This document shows, piece after piece, positions 58,042-64,000 of a DNA stretch of 64,000 bases. Position numbers and translations under genes: made by a program. The stretch is from positions 1 through 64,000 of the IMG/VR virus record IMGVR_UViG_3300032320_001881. One strand, written 5' to 3'. This stretch comes from a virus (taxonomy: Duplodnaviria > Caudoviricetes). The notes beneath the pieces are model-generated. The model did not search any database. It worked only from the letters and a program-made list of their open reading frames with translations, and was not told the origin of the DNA. Within the stretch, counting starts at the first letter, position 1. Each line of letters begins with the position of its first letter.

Positions 58042-58708
58042 CTACTTTACAATAAATTCGGTTACCATTGGAAAGATTGATTCCAAAGCAACAGCACAAG
58101 ATTCGGCAACTTCGCGATGTTCTTTCTGAGTCTCTGGCCCGCTACGGAGCTCAATATAATGTAACCAGCTGCGTAATGTACCTTGCATATACAAACGGCT
58201 TACAGTTAGTCCTTCAGAATACAGCACGGGCTTGCTCTTTGGCTATGCCTTTATTGATAGCCCACTCGTAGGCTTGCTGGTTGGCATCGATGATTCGTTG
58301 TTGCATAACTCCCCAATCATCCTGTAATTGCTGATCATTAGTTGTGATACTGTTTTGTCTATTTTTTGTGTCTTGAAGTCTGGCTTCTCTTGTAACGAAC
58401 GCCAAATCTTTAGTTGGGTCAGCATAGCGTTGAGAGAACTCTTGGAAACTAAAACTTCTGTGGCGTAAGATTTGTCTAGCAATGTCACGGGTAGTTTCAA
58501 TCTCCAAACAAGCACTGACCATTTCTAAAGGGGACCAATGTTTGTGTTTAATAAGATAACGAATAAGTTTTTCGCTAGTATCTGTGTTATTTTGATTAGC
58601 TGGATTGCTAACCCTAGCACAGTAAGCAACTAGTTCTTGAGCATTAATAATACCTTGCTCTGCTAGTTCCTTACTGGGCTGGCTACTACTTACTAATTTT
58701 ACTTTCAA
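58042..58708 (-). pseudogene. thyX: Flavin-dependent thymidylate synthase, interrupted by a frameshift near 58214-58219
   Basis: ARVS, H.SP.E, RHRSFSFQEFSQR (RHRx7S signature), then KEQARAV; the C-terminal EGL..SR.Y..GTLRSW.HYIELR...TQKEHR continues in the +1 frame. Confidence 0.85.
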
Positions 58709-59007
58709 AGTTTACCTAAGATTTTATCAGTTTCAGGTTGAACTAACGCCGCAACACTTTTAATATCAACTACAAAATCAACGTCTTTTATATCAGCATC
58801 CATTTCAGAAAATGTTCTAGAGACTAATGCTTCGATATCTTCGATTTGTAATCCTTGTTTGATAAGTGTATGTAAGTTAATGGTGCGTTGTTTACCATCA
58901 TTTAACTTAATTACGATTTTTTTAATGCATTCCAGTGGTACATCTGTTTTGTTTACTTCTTTAACAATAATTTCCCACTGGTCAACTAACTCATCAATTG
59001 GCAGCAT
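58705..59007 (-). CDS. Hypothetical protein
   Basis: Overlaps both neighbours in the operon. Confidence 0.6.
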   Translation of the reverse strand: MLPIDELVDQWEIIVKEVNKTDVPLECIKKIVIKLNDGKQRTINLHTLIKQGLQIEDIEALVSRTFSEMDADIKDVDFVVDIKSVAALVQPETDKILGKL

Positions 59008-59746
59008 CGCTCACCGCGGCTTCTGCTTTAGGTGGACGGCCACGACGCTTAGGCGCTTCTGGTTCTGCTGGAGTCCAAGTAGCTTCTGCTGGATTAACTC
59101 CTGGTACCATACGCTCAGCATCTTTTTTCATACGAGCAGCTTCTGAAATCATAGCGGTAGCTTCTTGCTCCATCTTCTTAGCTTGTGCCAACATATTAGC
59201 GGCAATAGCACGATCACTTAATACGCCATCTTGTGGGGCGCTAAGTGGAGCTGAAGTTTGATAACGAGCTTCAGCTGCTTGTTGTTTAGCAAGTTGTTCT
59301 TCTTTAAACTTTGCTTCGGCAGCACGTTTCACTTGTGGGTCAACCATACCGCGCGATGCTTCGTTTTCTTCTAGCTTCTTCATAGCCTCTGCGCCTTTAT
59401 TCATTTCATTGATTAACTTATTAAGTTCATCTAAACGAACACTTGCGTTAGTACTAGGAGTCATCAACACATCAGCACAGCGAACTTTTTTAATCATGCG
59501 CTCCGTGTGTAATGTTTCAAGTATAGGACGACCATCTGGCAAGAAAGAACGATGTAAAGCATCGGCTAGTTGATTAGCTTGCTGACCAACATCACTTTCT
59601 ACGACCTTTTGGATTGCATCTTGCCATGAAGCATTTAAAATTTCAGGATAAACTACTAAGCACATGTGCTCGTCACCTGGAACCTCGCGATATAATACTA
59701 GGACCTTTCGGTCACCATTTTTACCTACGTGTTTAATCTGTGCCAT
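58994..59746 (-). CDS. Coiled-coil protein with C-terminal AT-hook
   Basis: Start at 59746 (AAGGAG SD); KRRGRPPK motif. Confidence 0.6.
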   Translation of the reverse strand: MAQIKHVGKNGDRKVLVLYREVPGDEHMCLVVYPEILNASWQDAIQKVVESDVGQQANQLADALHRSFLPDGRPILETLHTERMIKKVRCADVLMTPSTNASVRLDELNKLINEMNKGAEAMKKLEENEASRGMVDPQVKRAAEAKFKEEQLAKQQAAEARYQTSAPLSAPQDGVLSDRAIAANMLAQAKKMEQEATAMISEAARMKKDAERMVPGVNPAEATWTPAEPEAPKRRGRPPKAEAAVSDAAN

Positions 59747-59747
59747 A

Positions 59748-60005
59748 TTATTCTCCTTGTTGTGTGTCGCTAATTGGCTCGGCGGCATCGGGTGTAATTG
59801 TTTCTCCATTTTCAGTATTAGCATTAGCTTCCGCTGCTGCTTTAGCTTGTGCCATTACATCATTTAGAAAAGTTGTGAGCTTATCATAGATAGCGCCAAC
59901 TTGGGTTAATTCGGCACCGCGAAATGCTCCGCGAGATGCCGCAAGATCTACAATGCCATGAAGAGCGCCAAGATCCGCTACAGTAATTTGAGTTGAATTT
60001 TCCAT
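59748..60005 (-). CDS. Hypothetical protein
   Basis: TAAATA at 60011-60016, 5 nt before the ATG. Confidence 0.6.
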   Translation of the reverse strand: MENSTQITVADLGALHGIVDLAASRGAFRGAELTQVGAIYDKLTTFLNDVMAQAKAAAEANANTENGETITPDAAEPISDTQQGE

Positions 60006-60041
60006 ATAGATATTTAATACAAAATAGGTACTGTTAAAAAT

Positions 60042-60067
60042 AAAATGCCCCTTTTATGGGGCATTTT
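60042..60067. terminator. Intrinsic terminator hairpin
   Basis: AAAATGCCCC-ttttat-GGGGCATTTT; U-rich tail on the minus strand after the VWA gene. Confidence 0.75.
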
Positions 60068-60095
60068 GGTAAAATTGGGGCGGGTTTACCTAAGT

Positions 60096-61394
60096 TTATT
60101 GCGTTTTCTCTTCTTCATAATACGCATATTGCCCAAATAGCGGAACAATGCTTGTAGTGCCATGCATAATGAATACTGTATCGCAATAGTTTTCGTCGCC
60201 CCAACTGCCGTTTGGATAACCGTCCGTAAACATAATATGCCGCTTAGGTTGGATATCGTTTTCTTTAAAGTAATGAAATACACAGTCAAAGTCCGTGCCG
60301 CCACCGCCATGTACTTCATAATCGCAGATAGTGTCTAAGTTTTCGCTATCATATTGTCGTGGATTATAGACTTGAGTATCAAAAGTGAGAATATGGATTC
60401 TATATGCTGGGAAAGAATCCATAATACCTTGTACTTCGGCTAAAAAATCTTTAAGCATTCTATCAAGCATACTACCCGAAGCATCAATGCTAATAGCAAT
60501 ATCGATCATTGGATCAAGTTGCATACCTGGCATAACGGCATCCATATGCCAACCCCTGCGACTCGCTCGCATCCAAGTAAAATCGGATTTAATTGTAGAT
60601 TCAAGTTGCATGCGTAATAACTCACGCCAATTCATTTTCGGCGCTGTCATATCCTGGATCAGTCGTTTTACACCGGCGGGCAAGTTACCAGCATTATCTG
60701 ATGCCGCGGCCGCAGCGAGTACTGCTTCTTTTATTTCGTCACGAATAGCATCTTTTTCTGCTTGTGATAATTTTGGTTTACCCCGACCACCAGCCCCACC
60801 TCCACCTTCACCACCACCGGCACCACCACCGTCCTCGTCTTCGCCGTCTAAGTGGTCGTCGAGAAGTTTATCAATTAAAGAATTGATATCGATTTTTTCA
60901 GCATTTTCGTATAAAATGTCATAGACTTCCTCGGCACACATGCCATCATATTTGTGATCATACAAGCAAGGAACTGTAGTAATTTTTTCGCCTACACGAT
61001 GTTTAATTAAATCACCGTTTACACAATAGTCATCGGCAATATTCCAAAGTTGTGGATCACGATCACCTCGCCTGCCCATATGATCATATACACAATGTAA
61101 TACTTCGTGACCAAACAAAAATTCAATTTCCTTAGGACGAAGCATTTCGATAAAACGACTATTGTAATAAAAATTACGGCCATCGGTGGCGGCTGTAGTA
61201 CACCATTCGTCTGCGTTAACTAATTTTAGACGAGTAGCTAAATTACCAAAGAAACTAGCACGAAGTAACAAGCCAACACGAGCAGTAATCAATTTTTCAC
61301 GAACTTGTGCGTCTAACTTAGCATCTGTAGGCCCCAGTAAGTCTTTGAACTTATCTGCTTCTTTAGAATTTGTAGTAGTGCCTGCTGTAGCCAT
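60096..61394 (-). CDS. Metallopeptidase-like plus VWA domain protein (DUF2201-type)
   Basis: TAATDG, HEVLH (HExxH), A.D..VN, Gly linker, MIDAS DASGS, GGGTDF and FTDG; start at 61394 after AAAGGA. Confidence 0.85.
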   Translation of the reverse strand: MATAGTTTNSKEADKFKDLLGPTDAKLDAQVREKLITARVGLLLRASFFGNLATRLKLVNADEWCTTAATDGRNFYYNSRFIEMLRPKEIEFLFGHEVLHCVYDHMGRRGDRDPQLWNIADDYCVNGDLIKHRVGEKITTVPCLYDHKYDGMCAEEVYDILYENAEKIDINSLIDKLLDDHLDGEDEDGGGAGGGEGGGGAGGRGKPKLSQAEKDAIRDEIKEAVLAAAAASDNAGNLPAGVKRLIQDMTAPKMNWRELLRMQLESTIKSDFTWMRASRRGWHMDAVMPGMQLDPMIDIAISIDASGSMLDRMLKDFLAEVQGIMDSFPAYRIHILTFDTQVYNPRQYDSENLDTICDYEVHGGGGTDFDCVFHYFKENDIQPKRHIMFTDGYPNGSWGDENYCDTVFIMHGTTSIVPLFGQYAYYEEEKTQ

Positions 61395-61424
61395 TACGGG
61401 TCCTTTATTATTAACTATACTACT

Positions 61425-61453
61425 ATTATACAATTAAATGAATTATTTGTCAA
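61425..61453 (-). promoter_or_regulatory. Consensus sigma70 promoter
   Basis: TTGACA-N17-TATAAT. Confidence 0.75.
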
Positions 61454-61722
61454 CTGGCAAATTTCAGGGTAAAAAGTGTTAGTTCTGCTTGGGATTTTAG
61501 GTATATGCGTTGATATTTGTATTCGGTATCCCATGCCCACAATGATCCTTTGTAACTCCATTTAAGTTCAGCCCCAGTCCCATAGGTAGCCCAACACCAA
61601 TTCCTAATTTCAATAAACTGTAATGGACCTTCTGTAGTGTCTGTTGTAATTGGTTCAATCAGATATTGATAAAAAGCATGTCCGCTGTACCGTCTATCTA
61701 ATTTGATTATTTTGTATTTCAT
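61450..61722 (-). CDS. Small hypothetical protein (F.LK[WFY] family)
   Basis: R.WCW..YG ... IYLKS..ELT.F.LKF. Confidence 0.6.
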   Translation of the reverse strand: MKYKIIKLDRRYSGHAFYQYLIEPITTDTTEGPLQFIEIRNWCWATYGTGAELKWSYKGSLWAWDTEYKYQRIYLKSQAELTLFTLKFAS

Positions 61723-62001
61723 TTACTCTTCGACATTTAAATATTTAAGCACAAACCAAGATAATGAAGCATCATTGTAAAAATCTAAATGTATTTGGTC
61801 TGCGTAACTAAATCTAGTGTGATCATCGTGCCAAGGAACCAATGCTTTATGATGTCTAACAGTAAATCCAAGTTCTCGCCTGAGCCTCCATGAAATAGCA
61901 AAAATTTGATCTCCAAAATCTTTTTTCACTAAATCTCTGATAATAGTCCATTCATACGGATCCTCGAAAATTACCAAATTATGCTTAATTTGTATCTTCA
62001 A
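61723..62001 (-). CDS. Small hypothetical protein (same family)
   Basis: C-terminal LDFYNDASLSWFVLKY. Confidence 0.6.
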   Translation of the reverse strand: MKIQIKHNLVIFEDPYEWTIIRDLVKKDFGDQIFAISWRLRRELGFTVRHHKALVPWHDDHTRFSYADQIHLDFYNDASLSWFVLKYLNVEE

Positions 62002-62209
62002 AAGGTAATCCTTTGACTGTTTCTATTGCTTTACGGGCATATTTTTTAATTTTTATTTCAGTGCTCATCCGTTCAATGTCTTCTAAAGCAGTCATCATAA
62101 TTTCAGACTCTTCGGCCATTTTATAGACTTTATTCCGTAAGTTACTAGAATCAATCCAAGATCCAATAGCACCAACTAGTCGAGCAATAAGATAACTCCA
62201 ATTAATCAT
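61985..62209 (-). CDS. Hypothetical protein
   Basis: Overlaps both neighbours. Confidence 0.5.
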   Translation of the reverse strand: MINWSYLIARLVGAIGSWIDSSNLRNKVYKMAEESEIMMTALEDIERMSTEIKIKKYARKAIETVKGLPFEDTN

Positions 62210-62439
62210 TTAGTCCACACTAATGCGAATGCTGTAGCTTCGGCTGGCTCAGAAAAATAAAAATATCCATCTCTATACTGTACATCTTTTTTACAATGTT
62301 CTTCGGCCCACTCTACTTCTGGACTACGATTTTCTCCCGCATATTCAAATCTAGCAGGACGGTATTTAACTTTTCTCCACCCACGGGTTTTTACTAAATT
62401 ATCTAACATAGGTTGACTATATTTTGGATTGAATCTCAT
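62206..62439 (-). CDS. Small hypothetical protein (same family)
   Basis: EW.EEHC ... FYFSEPAEATAFALVW. Confidence 0.55.
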   Translation of the reverse strand: MRFNPKYSQPMLDNLVKTRGWRKVKYRPARFEYAGENRSPEVEWAEEHCKKDVQYRDGYFYFSEPAEATAFALVWTK

Positions 62440-62696
62440 TTACTATGCTTTAACATAAAAAGAAGATATTTTTGGTCATCGGTTATGTCATTTTCTAAAT
62501 TTAGATCACCGTTTGGGGTTAGTTTTAATTTAATTCCATAAGTTTGGTTAAGCCAAGAATAAAAATCGGGCTTGGGTTGATCAGTAGTATCGAATTCTCG
62601 TTTAGCTGACATAATTTGTAACCAAATAGTTTTACTGTCTCCAATGATTGTATCTAGCCTTGCTACAGTATTGGAATAATATTCGCTATTGCTCAT
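62436..62696 (-). CDS. Small hypothetical protein (same family)
   Basis: WL..TYGIK ... ITDDQKYLLFMLKH. Confidence 0.55.
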   Translation of the reverse strand: MSNSEYYSNTVARLDTIIGDSKTIWLQIMSAKREFDTTDQPKPDFYSWLNQTYGIKLKLTPNGDLNLENDITDDQKYLLFMLKHSK

Positions 62697-63084
62697 GCTC
62701 TGGCCAAGGACTATATGTCCATCCTAAATTTAATAAATCTTCAGCTACTTCGGCTGTTACCGTACCTTCTGACACATATTGTTTTGCCAGCATATATTGT
62801 TTGTCTTCTTCTTCATTATGAGTAGCGAATCCGCCCATACCCGAACAATACCAATCCATATAATCTTCGTTGGTTCGAAGCGAAGCTACAATACCCCCAG
62901 CACCGCGCCAAGAGCAAGACCAGTATTCATCTTTAAGCACAGGCCAAACATCTTGGGGTTGCCAACGCATATTGCACAGCGCGGCATAGACATTTTGAGC
63001 ATAACGATCTTCTTTAATTTTTTCCATAAACCAGGGAGAATTTTTCATATCGTCTTGTAAATCTCTATTCATTATGGCCCCCAC
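62686..63084 (-). CDS. Hypothetical phage protein
   Basis: YAQN.YAALCN, WSCSWR.AGGIVA, YMDWYCSG and V.EG.VT motifs. Confidence 0.65.
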   Translation of the reverse strand: MGAIMNRDLQDDMKNSPWFMEKIKEDRYAQNVYAALCNMRWQPQDVWPVLKDEYWSCSWRGAGGIVASLRTNEDYMDWYCSGMGGFATHNEEEDKQYMLAKQYVSEGTVTAEVAEDLLNLGWTYSPWPEHEQ

Positions 63085-63317
63085 TTCATAAGGAAATTAA
63101 TGCGATCGAATTCAGTGTCAAAATTTAATACTATGCCTTGTTGATGCTCAATACCTTTAGGTAAGGTTTCGTTCATCCAATTAAGTATTTCTCGCTCATT
63201 CTCGGTCCACCATATATAGTCTACTATTATCAATCCTGGTCTAGATTCGGCTGGGGAAGAACATAACTGAAATTTACTTGTTTTTAATCTAGCCGGGGAG
63301 CCAGTCTGTTGTATCAT
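63072..63317 (-). CDS. Small hypothetical protein (same family)
   Basis: I..WM ... L.FDTE.D...FLMKW. Confidence 0.55.
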   Translation of the reverse strand: MIQQTGSPARLKTSKFQLCSSPAESRPGLIIVDYIWWTENEREILNWMNETLPKGIEHQQGIVLNFDTEFDRINFLMKWGP

Positions 63318-63583
63318 CCTATTAAATTCCTAGCCTGCAGTTTAACCATGACAAATTCGCGTTCATCAATCTGTCCCCAGCCATCATCATTGGGTAGTGC
63401 CTTAACAAGTGTAACTCCGTTAGCATTTTCAAGCCATACACGGGTGCTATATTTTATGGCTTCGCTATGTACAATATGATTTAGGCTACCGCCTTGTGCG
63501 GGACTACAGTTAGCTTGGTAGTAATAACCACCCGGTCGTCCAAGAAAACTAGTACTTGAAGGAATTTCATAATAGTAATTCAC
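63314..63583 (-). CDS. Hypothetical protein
   Basis: Overlaps both neighbours. Confidence 0.55.
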   Translation of the reverse strand: MNYYYEIPSSTSFLGRPGGYYYQANCSPAQGGSLNHIVHSEAIKYSTRVWLENANGVTLVKALPNDDGWGQIDEREFVMVKLQARNLIG

Positions 63584-63843
63584 AATGACTCACCATGTTT
63601 AATTTTAAACCAAGTTAATTCTTCTTCGCTTTTTAAATAGACTACATAACGACTTAATTTAATCATAAATGCCCAATGTTCATTAGGCATCTTTTCTTCA
63701 TTGTATGTATCACTATATCCATAGGTGGTAGACATCCACTGTCGTACATAATGAAAATCTAATATCATAGGTATATGTATAGCATATTTAAAATACTTAT
63801 TTTCTATTGTACTTAAATTATAAATCAATAGTATTAACCCCAT
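63580..63843 (-). CDS. Small hypothetical protein (same family); start uncertain
   Basis: VRQWM..TYG ... VYLKSEEELTWFKIKH, clearly similar to 61450..61722. Confidence 0.55.
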   Translation of the reverse strand: MGLILLIYNLSTIENKYFKYAIHIPMILDFHYVRQWMSTTYGYSDTYNEEKMPNEHWAFMIKLSRYVVYLKSEEELTWFKIKHGESL

Positions 63844-64000
63844 TTAATTCGAAATCGCCTTCTGCTGGGCAAAAGATCCAATCCTCTTGTTTATACGCAT
63901 AAGCAATATAATTTAATTCTTTAAATATTTGTTTAACAAGTTTTTGATCAGTTTTGAATATTTCTACAAAACAGACAGGTCTGTGTTTAGATAATGTATT
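63818..64000 (-). CDS. C-terminus of a probable FkbM-family methyltransferase (5' end outside the window)
   Basis: Hand translation NTLSKHRPVCFVEIFK...DWIFCP matches the T..K.RP...VE ending typical of FkbM proteins. Confidence 0.45.
   Translation of the reverse strand, partial: NTLSKHRPVCFVEIFKTDQKLVKQIFKELNYIAYAYKQEDWIFCPAEGDFELNGVNTIDL

Noticed and set aside
58214-58216. TGA readthrough or an alternative genetic code to explain the thyX break
   Set aside because: The downstream half is in a different frame. TGA and TAG act as ordinary stops elsewhere, and long genes are intact under code 11.
60385-61437. Plus-strand ORFs 60385..60924 and 61186..61437
   Set aside because: Antisense to the VWA gene; the poly-Pro/Ser tract is just the reverse of its Gly/acidic linker.

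Overview
This 64-kb window is AT-rich and comes from a large lytic myovirus carrying distant T4-like genes; no host genes, tRNA, rRNA or CRISPR arrays were seen. Positions 1-5.8 kb hold the head module (scaffold gp22, protease gp21, an acidic core protein, portal gp20). Positions 5.8-16 kb hold two paralogous tape-measure-like proteins (one ending in a T4-type lysozyme, one in an M15 peptidase), a gp26/gp51-like pair, a ~420-nt structured non-coding region, a GIY-YIG nuclease, gp46/gp47 and a gp55-like late sigma factor. Positions 16-46 kb hold the baseplate and tail module (gp53, gp5, gp25, gp6, a 5132-aa gp7-like protein, fibres). Positions 46-57.5 kb form an accessory enzyme island: glycosyltransferase-like proteins, a methyltransferase, two radical SAM enzymes, GNAT-like proteins, a PP-loop ATPase, a fatty-acid desaturase and an NDP-sugar epimerase. 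Positions 57.5-64 kb hold a frameshifted thyX, a VWA/metallopeptidase and an array of small related ORFs. The best leads are: (1) a candidate large structured ncRNA with repeated modules directly downstream of the GIY-YIG gene; (2) a probable Arg-rich gene overprinted inside gp46, marked by a local codon-usage shift; (3) a likely -1 programmed frameshift fusing the gp26- and gp51-like ORFs; (4) twin tape measures with complementary cell-wall hydrolases; (5) widespread leaderless promoter architecture. All product calls come from motif recognition only; no database searches were run.
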